DNA of 45,569 bases from Candidatus Omnitrophota bacterium (GCA_041652815.1 JBAZGN010000006.1:1-45569), one strand, 5' to 3'. Shown: positions 26,159 to 35,958, counted from the stretch's first letter. Made by a program: numbers and translations. Notes: generated from the sequence alone by a model not told the origin.

Positions 26159-27660
26159 TACTTAAGCCTCACTTAAGCGACATTAAAAATATAGGCTATT
26201 ATCTGGGCAGGATAATTCTTGGTATCGGTTTTACAATGTTCTTGCCGTTCATAGCAGGGCTTATTCTGTTTAAAGAATCTAATCCGGCATTTGATTTCTT
26301 AATTAGTGCCAGTATTACCATATTCATTGGTTTGATTTTAAGTTGGTTATGTAAAACCGATAAAAACTTACATACAGGACCGGCCATGGTCGTGATTGCT
26401 TCTTCGTGGTTGGCGGCAATGGCTCTTAGCGCTATACCGTTAATTCTTAGCGGCCACTATAAATCATTTCTTGATGCTTGCTTTGAGACTATGTCCGGTT
26501 TTACTACAACTGGGCTAACTCTTGTGCAAGATTTAGATCATCTTTCACGAACGCATAACCTATGGCGTCATTTAGGGCCTTTTTTGGGAGGACAAGGAAT
26601 AGCTATTATCGCGATTACATTTTTACTCGGCGGTACCAACGGTTCACTGAATTTATATCTCGGAGAAGGTCGTGACGAAAAATTAGTTCCTAATGTAATG
26701 CATACAGCACGTTTTATTTGGGCTATTAGTATAGCATATTTGATTTTAGGAACTATTGTTTTGGGGCTGATAGGGATGTCTATAGGATTAAAGCCGCAAA
26801 GTGCGTTTTTCCATGCCATCTGCATATTTATGGCCGGATTTGATACGGCAGGTTTTGCTCCTCAGTCAACTAATATCCTTTACTATCACAGCCTGATATT
26901 TGAAATCGCCACAATTTTCTTTATGGTTATGGGATCTCTCAATTTTAATTTGCATTATCAGATTTGGACAGGAAATTTCAAAGAAATATGGAAAAATATA
27001 GAAACGCGGACATTTTTGCTTATACTCATGATTGTTTCTTTGATTGTCATGGCCGGATTAAAACGATTGGGAGTCTATTCGGATGGGGTGATGCTATTTC
27101 GTAAGGGGTTTTATCAGATTATTTCGGGTCAAACCACAACCGGATATGTAACGATATACGCCCAGCAATTTTTTAAAGAGTGGGGGGATTTAGCTTTAAC
27201 CGGAATTATTATCGCTATGGCATCGGGAGGATGTGTGTGTTCTACGGCAGGCGGCATTAAAATGTTACGTATAGGAATTATTTATAAGGCATTAAGACAA
27301 GATATAAAAAGTTTTATGCTTCCGCCAAAAGCCGTTTTTGTACAAAAGTTTCATCATATAAAAACTATTCTTGTAGAAGATAAACAAGTACGAGCAGTAT
27401 TAATTGTTACCATGGGATATTTTTTTCTTTATGGATTGGGTACTCTTATAGGTGTAGTGCTGGGATATCCTTTTCTGGAATCTCTTTTTGAATCAACTTC
27501 TGCAGCTGGCAACGTTGGGCTCTCCTGTGGCATAACTGATGCAAGTATGCCGGTAATTTTAAAAATCACCTACATCATTGAAATGTGGGCCGGCAGGTTG
27601 GAGCTGATGTCGGTTTTTGCGCTTGCTGGATTTTTCGTGTCTTTAGTGAAGGGGAAATAA
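26155..27660 (+). CDS. trkH: TrkH-family potassium uptake membrane protein
   Basis: FETMSGFTTTG, AGFDTAGF, GQTTTGY, SAAGNVGLS pore loops; STAGGIKMLR. Confidence 0.92.
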   Translation: MILKPHLSDIKNIGYYLGRIILGIGFTMFLPFIAGLILFKESNPAFDFLISASITIFIGLILSWLCKTDKNLHTGPAMVVIASSWLAAMALSAIPLILSGHYKSFLDACFETMSGFTTTGLTLVQDLDHLSRTHNLWRHLGPFLGGQGIAIIAITFLLGGTNGSLNLYLGEGRDEKLVPNVMHTARFIWAISIAYLILGTIVLGLIGMSIGLKPQSAFFHAICIFMAGFDTAGFAPQSTNILYYHSLIFEIATIFFMVMGSLNFNLHYQIWTGNFKEIWKNIETRTFLLILMIVSLIVMAGLKRLGVYSDGVMLFRKGFYQIISGQTTTGYVTIYAQQFFKEWGDLALTGIIIAMASGGCVCSTAGGIKMLRIGIIYKALRQDIKSFMLPPKAVFVQKFHHIKTILVEDKQVRAVLIVTMGYFFLYGLGTLIGVVLGYPFLESLFESTSAAGNVGLSCGITDASMPVILKITYIIEMWAGRLELMSVFALAGFFVSLVKGK

Positions 27661-27662
27661 AA

Positions 27663-28154
27663 ATGAAAAAAGTTGTTCTGTCCGGCATATTTTTTATGTG
27701 GCTTATTCTTTTGAGCTATAACTGCCATGCTCAAGCGATGGTGAGCTTAGACTTACTGAATAATACTAAAAAGTATGATGGTAAGAAAGTTCTTTATAAA
27801 GGTGAAGTTGTAGGCGACATTATGATGCGCGCCGATCATGTTTGGTTGCACGTGAATGATGGTAATATTGCGATTGGCATCTGGGCTTCAAATGCTTTAA
27901 CTAAAAATATTTCTTATGCGGGGGATTATCAAAAAAGAGGAGATATCGTAGAGGTCTCCGGAACATTTCATCGCAGTTGTGCGGAGCATGGAGGCGATCT
28001 TGATATCCATGCTGACATTATAAAGATAATTACCTCCGGAGCCATTGTTATTAAACCAATTAATAACAAAAAGATTTACCTAGGGGTGGGTCTGTTAATA
28101 ATAGTTCTATTGTTGTATGTATTAAAAAAGTTTTTCCAAAACAAAAAACAATAA
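27663..28154 (+). CDS. Exported OB-fold-like protein with C-terminal TM
   Basis: YDGKKVLYKGEVVGD, GDIVEVSGTF; ATG 27663. Confidence 0.6.
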   Translation: MKKVVLSGIFFMWLILLSYNCHAQAMVSLDLLNNTKKYDGKKVLYKGEVVGDIMMRADHVWLHVNDGNIAIGIWASNALTKNISYAGDYQKRGDIVEVSGTFHRSCAEHGGDLDIHADIIKIITSGAIVIKPINNKKIYLGVGLLIIVLLLYVLKKFFQNKKQ

Positions 28155-28161
28155 TTCCGCT

Positions 28162-28251
28162 TATTACAATCAATATAATGAATACAGCATCAAAGGAACG
28201 GATTTATCGTCAATGTCCAGCTTAACGGAGGCAGATATTCCTATCCTATAA
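28162..28251 (+). pseudogene. 3' remnant of the sigma-like gene
   Basis: YYNQYNEYSIKGTDLSSMSSLTEADIPIL* matches the 14729 C-terminus YYNQYSEYSIKNTDLSLMSTSREVDNAIS*. Confidence 0.85.
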
Positions 28252-28286
28252 CAGTACAATAATTTGCATAATTTCCAGCCCAAAAT

Positions 28287-28424
28287 AACCGGACAAAGCG
28301 GACAACTTTAGCGAGGGAATACCTCTCTAAAACCCAAATATCTTGCCACAACACCACATTGCCTATATAATTCTTCTATATAAATAAAGAGAGGTTTCCC
28401 CTCGCGGAATACGAGTGGGGCCCC
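28287..28424 (+). repeat. Promoter-bearing dispersed repeat, copy H
   Basis: Arms 28311-28 and 28388-405 are 16/18 complementary; TTGCCA-N17-TATAAT 28343-71. Confidence 0.9.
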
Positions 28425-28476
28425 AACTTATTCGAGTTTTTGTAAGTTCTTATAATTTATAAAGAAGGAGTAAAAA

Positions 28477-29250
28477 ATGTTATATTATCAACCAACAGAT
28501 GAAAATTCCTTGCGTCATTTGTTTGCTTGCGCTGAGGAGATATTGAAAATTTCATATTTGGGGCAAGTGCCTAATGAATACGGATATGATGATAGCCCTG
28601 ATTGTTTGGTGCTTGATAAGCGAAATGAGGATAGGTATGAAATAAAAAGGTGTGAATTTAAATGGGATCTCAAAAATGGAAGTGCCGATTTCGCGCATAA
28701 TGGTAAGTTTGATATCGCGATTATATGGGATTTGCCAGGACATATTCCCCAAGAAAAGCTAGAAAGTGAATTGAGAGAAAATAATGGATGTACAGAGATA
28801 ATTATTTTAAAAGAAAAACAGAGTTTTTATAAATTGAACTTATATCCTACAAAAATAGAAGAAATAAAGAAACAGTTATTAATAAAGGAGTTAGACAAGT
28901 TTAGAGAAAAAATTCTTGGCCTAGAGTTAGCAACAGTTCACGCGGCCTATATAGCGGCTAAACGAACTAAATTTTCGCTAGATGCGGTGTTAGGCTATTT
29001 AACTAAGAAATTCCCAGAAGTGGAAAAAATGGCTCCCCAAGGTAGGGCGAATGTCGTTACTGCTCTTGTCCAAATGAAGTTAATAAAAAGACTACATGGA
29101 AGATATTATCAGTGGTCAGGAAATATTTCTCCTGCTCGTGCGTCCGCAGAGATTGAAAAAATATTACGTGATAACTTTGAGGTAGAAATTCCTAATATGA
29201 ATGGTGTGGATTTTACATCTTTAATAAAGAAGAAAAGAAGAAAAACCTGA
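28477..29250 (+). CDS. Hypothetical protein with PD-(D/E)xK nuclease-like motif
   Basis: PDCLV...RCEFKW; RBS AAGGAG; function not established. Confidence 0.5.
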   Translation: MLYYQPTDENSLRHLFACAEEILKISYLGQVPNEYGYDDSPDCLVLDKRNEDRYEIKRCEFKWDLKNGSADFAHNGKFDIAIIWDLPGHIPQEKLESELRENNGCTEIIILKEKQSFYKLNLYPTKIEEIKKQLLIKELDKFREKILGLELATVHAAYIAAKRTKFSLDAVLGYLTKKFPEVEKMAPQGRANVVTALVQMKLIKRLHGRYYQWSGNISPARASAEIEKILRDNFEVEIPNMNGVDFTSLIKKKRRKT

Positions 29251-29296
29251 ACCAATTGAAAAAGGCTATTTTTAACGCCTACTATACAGAAATAAA

Positions 29297-29410
29297 CGAG
29301 GGATTATCTCTCTAAAGTTGCAATATTGAGCATATATCAAGGTAACTCCTATGTATAAGCTTTATTAGTGAGCAGAGAGGTTTCCCCTCGTGGTATACGA
29401 GTGGGGCCCC
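29297..29410 (+). repeat. Repeat copy I (degenerate promoter)
   Basis: CGAGGGATTATCTCTCT ... AGAGAGGTTTCCCCTCGTGGTATACGAGTGGGGCCCC. Confidence 0.85.
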
Positions 29411-29492
29411 AGTAATTCTCTTCTCTAGCCACAGAGGAGAGAGGATCAAAGCCCTGATTCCTAACGGTAATCAGGGCTTCTTTATTTGTCGT
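29410..29492 (+). terminator. 83 nt double-hairpin/terminator repeat block, copy 2
   Basis: Near-identical to 22806-22888; abuts copy I directly. Confidence 0.75.
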
Positions 29493-29671
29493 GCTGGTAA
29501 AGACTTACGGCGTTCAATCTATTGGTTTCATAATAAAAATTCCTACCCGCAAGCTGTTTTAAAAACCCCTCTGGATTAAGCCAATTCTACGCCAAAATAA
29601 GCAAATTTATCTCTTATTTAATGATGGCTATTTAATGCTAATATCGGTAATATTTTACGCTATTTAAATTC

Positions 29672-29733
29672 TCATTTAGCTGTATGCAAAGAGGTCGTCC
29701 CCTTGTGGATTATGTCTGCCCTTCGTGAGGGGA
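29672..29733 (+). repeat. Type II repeat arm
   Basis: TCATTTAGCTGTATGCAAAGAGGTCGTCCCCTTGTGGATTATGTCTGCCCTTCGTGAGGGGA. Confidence 0.75.
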
Positions 29734-29872
29734 TTGTGAAAGATTTTCTGACCTTGCTTGAGCTGTAAACGGAAAGGTCGTTTCGTTTACCTAATTTTTC
29801 CTTTCCCCCGGTACATTAGGCATCTTTTAAACATGGTAATAATAGGATACGATATCTATTTAAATAAAATAC

Positions 29873-29902
29873 TTGACATACCATACCCCTCTATGGTATA
29901 CT
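29873..29902 (+). promoter_or_regulatory. csoR promoter with CsoR-type operator
   Basis: TTGACA 29873-78, TGgTATACT -10; ATACC-N7-GGTAT 29883-99 in the spacer. Confidence 0.75.
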
Positions 29903-29934
29903 TCAAATATAACAATAAAAGGAGGACAAAAATT

Positions 29935-30216
29935 ATGAAAGAATACCCAAGTCACACAGAGAGTATAGTGGCATTAAAAAGGATAGAAGGCCAGGTGCGA
30001 GGAATCCAGAAAATGATTCAAGAGCGTAAGTATTGCGTAGATATCCTAAATCAGATACATGCAGTGATGCGAGCGCTTGCTTCTGTAGAAGACAAAATTC
30101 TGGAGAGACACTTTAACGGTTGTGTAAGCGAAGCCATGCGGGGCAGGTCAGGAGTTGCGCCTGCAAAAAAGCTTGAGGAGATATTGCATCTTATCCGGCA
30201 GTTCAGAAAATTGTAA
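29935..30216 (+). CDS. csoR: CsoR/RcnR-family metal-sensing repressor
   Basis: LKRIEGQVRGIQKM, YCVDIL, RHFNGCV (C-H-C ligands); RBS AGGAGG before ATG 29935. Confidence 0.88.
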   Translation: MKEYPSHTESIVALKRIEGQVRGIQKMIQERKYCVDILNQIHAVMRALASVEDKILERHFNGCVSEAMRGRSGVAPAKKLEEILHLIRQFRKL

Positions 30217-30224
30217 GAAGATTT

Positions 30225-31238
30225 ATGTCCTATAAATCATTAATAGTCTTAGTTTTAATAGTTTTATTCCCTATATCTTGGGTTTATGCCGGTTCTGATG
30301 GGTTTTTCTATAAAGAGGCGAATCTTATAACAGGCTATTCTAGCCGAGATGGCTGGGTTGACAAGAATGGGATGATGAACAGTTCTGTAGGTTTTGAATT
30401 GTTTCGCAAGTTTTCCGGAGATTACGGTGATTTTCTTACCGCTGACTTACAGGTGCGCGCCGCCTACGACAGTACAAAGAATTCCCATGAAGCATGGGGG
30501 GCTGAGATTCACAACGCCTGGTTGGAATATAAGTTTTCTCAATATGTGAAAATAAGAGGAGGTCATTTTGCGCCTTCGTTTGGGCTTGAGCCGGTAGTAG
30601 ATACTCATAGCACGCTGCTGCAGACTCTATCTGAGCAGGATATTGGATTTAAGAAAGACTGGGGTATGCAGATGCGTGGATCGTTTCCAAAGTTTGATTA
30701 TGAAGCCAGCATGCAGATCGGCTCTGGTATGAGTATACGCCGCCAAGACGATAGTTACCTGGCAACGTTAAGAATAGGAACGTCTCGAGGTGGAAATTTA
30801 CAGGGCGGGCTTTCATTATTGTACGGCCGCACCTTGGATAGCGAAGGCATGCGTACTTTCCCCAAGAATAAACTATTGTCGCCTGATGCGGTAGGTAAGA
30901 AAAGAGTAGGCTTGGATGGGCAGTATCTTTACGGGCCGTTTCTTTTTAAAGGAGAACTCGCTTACGGACGCGATGATAAAAATGATGTCATAGGCTATCT
31001 GACGGAAATAAATTACACGCTTCCTTCGCATCAGAATATAGAACTTGAATTGCAATATAAATCATGGATTAATGATATCCATACGGCTTCCAGTGACGAG
31101 CCTGTGCTTACTTTGGGGGCAACATGCAGGTTAAGCCAGTCGACAAAGTTAAGCGCGGCATTTACGCATGATTTTGGTATGATGGATATGAAGCCGGAAG
31201 ATAGATTTGTGCTGCAATTTTATTTCTTAGGGGGCTAA
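30225..31238 (+). CDS. Outer-membrane beta-barrel (porin-like)
   Basis: Signal peptide, HNAWLEYK, GHFAPSFGLE, alternating strands, C-terminal aromatic strand. Confidence 0.65.
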   Translation: MSYKSLIVLVLIVLFPISWVYAGSDGFFYKEANLITGYSSRDGWVDKNGMMNSSVGFELFRKFSGDYGDFLTADLQVRAAYDSTKNSHEAWGAEIHNAWLEYKFSQYVKIRGGHFAPSFGLEPVVDTHSTLLQTLSEQDIGFKKDWGMQMRGSFPKFDYEASMQIGSGMSIRRQDDSYLATLRIGTSRGGNLQGGLSLLYGRTLDSEGMRTFPKNKLLSPDAVGKKRVGLDGQYLYGPFLFKGELAYGRDDKNDVIGYLTEINYTLPSHQNIELELQYKSWINDIHTASSDEPVLTLGATCRLSQSTKLSAAFTHDFGMMDMKPEDRFVLQFYFLGG

Positions 31239-31239
31239 G

Positions 31240-31833
31240 ATGAAAAAAACATTTAAAATTCTACCGATTTTTGTCATATTGATTTTATTCGCTGGTTCTA
31301 TCTGGGCTGCGGTAGGTTGCAGTCTTAATGACCCTGACCGCGATGTTAAGAGGATTTTTTCGGAGTCTACGGGTTATAAAACTACATTTGTTACTATTAA
31401 GGAGGCAGGCGGAGAGGCATTAAAGAAGCAAGTAGAGGAGAAACTTCAGGATAAACTTGAGCCAGTGTATGAGGGCCTTGATGTTCCTTATGCTTTTTAT
31501 ACTGTGCTAAAGGGTAAAAACAAGATAGGTTATATTCATGGTGTAAACCAGAAAGGCGAGTTCGGCGGGATGCAGCTTATTGTAGCCACTGATTTAAATG
31601 GCCGGATAGTTAATTTTTATTACCAAAAGATGTCTTCTCCGGAAGCCGGTAGATTTATGAATACTAAATTTACTTCTCAATTTAGCGGCTTAACCCTGGA
31701 TGATTTTATTAAAGGAAATATTTCCGTAAATGACCCCAGCGCAAATAGCCGGGATGATTTCCGGGCGACCTTGCGGGGATTAAAAAAAAATATGATTATT
31801 TTTGATCTGTTGTTTTTGCAGAAGCAGAAATAA
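31240..31833 (+). CDS. Exported FMN-binding-domain-like protein
   Basis: KG(EF)GGMQLIVATDLNGRI..F..QFSG resembles RnfG-type FMN_bind; canonical flavinylation motif (S/T)GAT not evident. Confidence 0.5.
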   Translation: MKKTFKILPIFVILILFAGSIWAAVGCSLNDPDRDVKRIFSESTGYKTTFVTIKEAGGEALKKQVEEKLQDKLEPVYEGLDVPYAFYTVLKGKNKIGYIHGVNQKGEFGGMQLIVATDLNGRIVNFYYQKMSSPEAGRFMNTKFTSQFSGLTLDDFIKGNISVNDPSANSRDDFRATLRGLKKNMIIFDLLFLQKQK

Positions 31834-31844
31834 AGGAGGACAAG

Positions 31845-32219
31845 ATGAAGAAAATATTATTGGTCTTTGCATTGGTTTTTGGTATATCCATATGTTTTTT
31901 TCTCTACGGCTGCGCCAAGAAGCCGGAAATTTATGGCAGCAGGCTTGGCCAGATGAAAGCTACTCCTGTGGCAGAAATTTTAAAGCAGCCAAATCAATAT
32001 ATCGGCAAGTCCGTAAGGGTAGAAGGAAAAATTATTCAGGAGTGCCCCGCCGGAGGCTGGTTTATACTTAAGGATAATACAGGAGTCATTTTCGTTAACC
32101 TGCATCCTACGGACATAGCCATACCGCAGGCGGTAAACCGTAATGTAGCGGCGCAGGGTAAAGTAAAAGAAGAGGATAACCAGATTTCCGTTATCGGGGG
32201 AGGGGTTGAGCTTAAATGA
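31845..32219 (+). CDS. OB-fold (BOF-like) lipoprotein
   Basis: LYG-C lipobox, YIGKSVRVEGKI..ECPAGGWF. Confidence 0.65.
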   Translation: MKKILLVFALVFGISICFFLYGCAKKPEIYGSRLGQMKATPVAEILKQPNQYIGKSVRVEGKIIQECPAGGWFILKDNTGVIFVNLHPTDIAIPQAVNRNVAAQGKVKEEDNQISVIGGGVELK

Positions 32220-33403
32220 AATTCATTTTCTTAGCCTATAAAAATCTGAAGCGTAAGAAAATCCGCACAGCCTTGACTGTGGGGGGCGTAGCGGTGGCAG
32301 TCGCAGTATTAGTCAGCCTTTTTGGTTTTGACGCGGGGTATCAAAATGGATTAAATAAGGATATTGATAAATTGGGTTACCATCTTTTAGTTACGGCTAA
32401 AGGCTGTCCTTATGAAGCGGCAACCTTGATGCTTAAGGGTGGCGGAGGCTTACGTTATATGGATGACGCAGTTTATAAGCGCATAGCAGAAGATAAACGC
32501 ATAGATAAAATTTCGCCTCAGCTGGTTTCCAGCGTTTATAACCAGGAGGGTGGTCCGGATAATCGCGGGGCGTTTACTCTTTATATGGGCATAGAGAAAT
32601 CTTACATTGAGCTAAAGCCCTGGTCGAAGTTTAAAGCCGGCGGATGGTTTTCTGGGCCGGATGCGGATGAGGCGATTATGGGTTACGAGGCTGCGGAATT
32701 GGAACAGAGATTGGTAGGTGATAAGATTTTTGTTTCCGGTATCAATAAGGTGCTTACCGTAAAAGGGGTATTTGAGCGTACTGGCACACAGGATGACGGG
32801 GTTATTTTTGTTCCGCTTGCTACCGCGCAGAGAATATTTAATTTACCCGGTAAGCTTACCGGTATCGGTATAAAACTTAAAGATATTCAGCAAATAGGTG
32901 ATGTTGAGGAGTCACTTTATAACGAACCCGGCATTCAGGTGGTTAGCCTTGCCCAGGTGCGTGGTACCATACTTAATCTCGTGGCTTCTGCCCGGGCAAT
33001 GGCCAATTCTATAGCCTTAATTGCTATTTTTATTGCGGTTATCGGTGTAACCAACACGATACTGATGTCGGTTTTTGAACGTACGCGCGAAATAGGCGTA
33101 ATGAAGGCATTGGGAGCTTCGGCCGTGGATATCTTTAAGGTAATCTGGGCGGAAACAGTGCTTATCTGTGTATTCGGCGGATTATTTGGAGTGATACTTG
33201 CTTCTCTGGGAAGCGCTATCGTAGAGAAGATCATTCGTCACACCCTGCCTTATGCGCCGTCAGGGAAGCTCGTGTTGATTAAACCAGAATTTCTTTTGAT
33301 TGCCTTTTTTGCCACTGTGGTTATGGGTTTGATAGCCGGGGCATATCCGGCATTGCGGGCGTCGCTGATGAAGCCGGTAGACGCGATTCGCTCGGGAGAA
33401 TAG
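32216..33403 (+). CDS. MacB/FtsX-family ABC permease
   Basis: RKKIRTALT, MSVFERTREIGVMKALGA, YPALRAS..PVDAIR. Confidence 0.9.
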   Translation: MKFIFLAYKNLKRKKIRTALTVGGVAVAVAVLVSLFGFDAGYQNGLNKDIDKLGYHLLVTAKGCPYEAATLMLKGGGGLRYMDDAVYKRIAEDKRIDKISPQLVSSVYNQEGGPDNRGAFTLYMGIEKSYIELKPWSKFKAGGWFSGPDADEAIMGYEAAELEQRLVGDKIFVSGINKVLTVKGVFERTGTQDDGVIFVPLATAQRIFNLPGKLTGIGIKLKDIQQIGDVEESLYNEPGIQVVSLAQVRGTILNLVASARAMANSIALIAIFIAVIGVTNTILMSVFERTREIGVMKALGASAVDIFKVIWAETVLICVFGGLFGVILASLGSAIVEKIIRHTLPYAPSGKLVLIKPEFLLIAFFATVVMGLIAGAYPALRASLMKPVDAIRSGE

Positions 33404-33405
33404 CC

Positions 33406-34101
33406 ATGAAAAACTGCATGATTAAAACCAATAAATTGACTAAAGTTTATAAGCTCTTGGCCGAAGAGATTTATGCGGTACACGATGTTGACCTGGAGGT
33501 AGCGGAAGGAGATTTTGTAGCCATTATGGGACCATCAGGCTCAGGTAAAACTACATTGCTTGACAGTCTTGGATGTTTAACTACAATTACAAGCGGAAGT
33601 TTAAATATACTCGGTAAAGATGTTTCAAAGGCAAAAGAGAACACGCTTGTTTCAATGCGCCGTCAGTCTTTAGGTTTTGTGTTTCAGGATTTTCTGCTTA
33701 TCCCTACGCTTACAGCTATTGAGAATGTGCAGTTGCCTTTGCTTTTTGCGCGACTGCCGCGAGAGGCCAGGCAAGCTAAGGAATTATTGGAAAGTGTAGG
33801 CCTTGGGAAGCGTATGAATCATTTGCCAAAAGAACTCTCCGGAGGAGAAAAACAGAGGGTGGCTATTGCCCGTGCCCTGATTACTTCGCCAAAGATCCTT
33901 TTTGCCGATGAACCAACGGGAAACCTGGACACAAAAAACAGTAATGATATTTTCAGCCTGTTAGCGGACTTAAACAAGAAGGAAAATCTAACCATTATAT
34001 TGACCACGCATAATCCTAAGCTTGGCTCGCAAGCAGCCAGGGTCATTTATCTTAAGGACGGTAGGATTGTTTCACGCGAAGATTCGTCTTTGTGCGTTTA
34101 G
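33406..34101 (+). CDS. LolD/MacB-type ABC ATP-binding protein
   Basis: [27 protein letters not shown]. Confidence 0.92.
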   Translation: MKNCMIKTNKLTKVYKLLAEEIYAVHDVDLEVAEGDFVAIMGPSGSGKTTLLDSLGCLTTITSGSLNILGKDVSKAKENTLVSMRRQSLGFVFQDFLLIPTLTAIENVQLPLLFARLPREARQAKELLESVGLGKRMNHLPKELSGGEKQRVAIARALITSPKILFADEPTGNLDTKNSNDIFSLLADLNKKENLTIILTTHNPKLGSQAARVIYLKDGRIVSREDSSLCV

Positions 34102-34116
34102 GTAAGTGGGTGCAGA

Positions 34117-34322
34117 TGTCTACCTAAGAGAGACTGTCATTTTATATCTATCTACGCCTCAAATAATTACTAAATTTTCAGCCAAAAACAACCGAACAAA
34201 CGGACATTTTCACGAGAGAATAATCTCTCTGAATTACGGATTTCTTGATAATCGCCGTATTTAGCACTATAATGCATACCTATAAAAAGCGAGAGGTTTC
34301 CCCTTGTGGATTTTTCTGCTCT
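34117..34322 (+). repeat. Repeat copy J with decayed sigma-like gene tail
   Basis: GATGTCTACCTAAGAGAG aligns to the sigma-like 3' end; TTGATA-N17-TATAAT 34245-73; GAGAGGTTTCCCCTTGTGGA. Confidence 0.85.
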
Positions 34323-34350
34323 TCTTTGCTGGATTACCCATATAAAGTTC

Positions 34351-34396
34351 TTGACAAAAAAACATGCTCTGCTATATTATTGGCATATGCCAATAA
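34351..34396 (+). promoter_or_regulatory. Promoter with perfect 20 bp palindrome upstream of the DUF134 gene
   Basis: TTGACA 34351, TGcTATATT; TTATTGGCATATGCCAATAA 34377-96. Confidence 0.7.
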
Positions 34397-34411
34397 CTAA
34401 AAGAGGTTTGT

Positions 34412-34708
34412 ATGTCTAGGCCTTGCCGGTGTAGAAGAATAAAATGCAATCCCGACACAAATTATTTTAAGCCTCGCGGTATCCCTTTGGATATGCTTGA
34501 AGAGGTGAATCTTACCCTGGATGAATTAGAGGCAGTCAGGCTTGCGGATTTTGATGGCCTTTATCAGGAAGACGCAGCTAAAAAAATGGATGTTTCCCGG
34601 CAGACCTTCGGTAATATTATAAATTCTGCTCACAAAAAGATAGCGGATGTTCTTTTAAACGCCAAAGCATTAAAGATAGAAGGCGGAACTGTTAAAAAGG
34701 TGAGGTAA
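34412..34708 (+). CDS. DUF134-family putative DNA-binding protein
   Basis: MSRPCRCRRI, YFKPRGIP, ELEAVRLAD, QEDAAKKMDVSRQTF. Confidence 0.9.
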   Translation: MSRPCRCRRIKCNPDTNYFKPRGIPLDMLEEVNLTLDELEAVRLADFDGLYQEDAAKKMDVSRQTFGNIINSAHKKIADVLLNAKALKIEGGTVKKVR

Positions 34709-35305
34709 ATGAGTAATTTAATAAAACAGGATCAAGATAGGCTTAAACTATTCAAAAAGTATGGTTACGATATTCCTAAAGCTAGGAAATTCATTCTTAC
34801 GAAAGCCAAAATTTCAGAAGGGAAAATTCTTGAAGTTGGTACAGGCCGTGGATACATGACGGCTGTTTTGGCTAAGAGCGGTTTGAAGATAGTTTCAATT
34901 GACCTGGACAGTAAGGCTCAAAATGCAGCCAAGCTAAAGCTTAAAAGCCTTAAACTTGATAAATATGTATCTCTTAAGAACATGAATGCCGAAAGGTTAA
35001 AATATAAAGATAACTCATATGATTGCGTTATTTCAGTAAATTTTATTCATCATGCAAATAATCCGGCTAAATGCTTAAAGGAAATGGCAAGGGTAATGAA
35101 AGATAAACTTATTATTGCTGATTTGAATAAGCGAGGCGAGAGGATTATGGAAAAAGTGCATGCTTTGGATGGGCATAAACATGTGGTGTCTAAAATGTCA
35201 TTGCCGGACGTAAAAGAATATTTAGAGAAAGCAGGATTGGTTGTTGAGGTTTATAAGGATGTTTGTCAAACTATTATTATAGCTAAAAGAGGAGGATTAA
35301 AATGA
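34709..35305 (+). CDS. Class I SAM-dependent methyltransferase (paralog of 343..954)
   Basis: ILEVGTGRG, VNFIHH; N-terminal YGYDIPKARKFI parallels FGCDIDKEREFI. Confidence 0.85.
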   Translation: MSNLIKQDQDRLKLFKKYGYDIPKARKFILTKAKISEGKILEVGTGRGYMTAVLAKSGLKIVSIDLDSKAQNAAKLKLKSLKLDKYVSLKNMNAERLKYKDNSYDCVISVNFIHHANNPAKCLKEMARVMKDKLIIADLNKRGERIMEKVHALDGHKHVVSKMSLPDVKEYLEKAGLVVEVYKDVCQTIIIAKRGGLK

Positions 35306-35667
35306 AAATTTGTATTCCAACAGAAACAAATGAAGGCAAGAACGCGGTAGTTTTTGAACATTTCGGCAGCGCGCCGTATTTTACCATCGTTGATACAGAG
35401 AAAGATTCTGTCGATATAATTGATAATGCAAATCAACATCATGCGCATGGTATGTGTCAGCCAATGAATGCGTTAACGGGAAAGTCGATTGACGCTGTAG
35501 TTACTGCTGGGATGGGTGGCCGGGCAGTTCAAAAGCTTAATGAAGGCGGGATTAAGGTTTATCGAGCTATCCAGGGAACGGTTACGGATATTGTCAGTCA
35601 GTTCACCAAAGGCGGACTTGAGGAGATAACCATAGATAATGCTTGTTCTCAGCACGGCTGCCATTAG
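35302..35667 (+). CDS. NifB/NifX-family (COG1433-like) metal-cluster-binding protein
   Basis: HFGSAPYF, HHAHGMC, GMGGRA, C-terminal CSQHGCH. Confidence 0.88.
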   Translation: MKICIPTETNEGKNAVVFEHFGSAPYFTIVDTEKDSVDIIDNANQHHAHGMCQPMNALTGKSIDAVVTAGMGGRAVQKLNEGGIKVYRAIQGTVTDIVSQFTKGGLEEITIDNACSQHGCH

Positions 35668-35855
35668 GAATATTTCCAATCAAATTCTTATTTACCTGTA
35701 AACGGAGGGGTAGCCTCCTTATGAATTTGTCTGCCTTTCAATAAGGATACACTTATCAAATTTATCAATCTATGTGCGGAGATGATTTCTTTCTATGGAA
35801 TATTGCTGTGTAGTAAAGATATCTTTCTGGGATTCATGCGTAATTTCTAAAAGCG

Positions 35856-35884
35856 TTGATAAAGTGTAGCATTGAGTTTATAAT
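35856..35884 (+). promoter_or_regulatory. sigma70 promoter of the glycosidase/glycosyltransferase operon
   Basis: TTGATA-N17-TATAAT. Confidence 0.6.
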
Positions 35885-35958
35885 AAAAATATTAGGGAAA
35901 GAGATTGTCACCTGAATTTTAAGCGGCAGCATTTTATGTAACAAACAAAAGGGGTCAA

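Noticed and set aside
28311-28405. Canonical attC site made by the two arms
   Set aside because: No terminal RYYYAAC/GTTRRRY boxes, and the interior is a promoter rather than a paired stem
29758-29934. N-terminal extension of CsoR given by the ORF track
   Set aside because: It spans the promoter and operator; a strong RBS precedes ATG 29935
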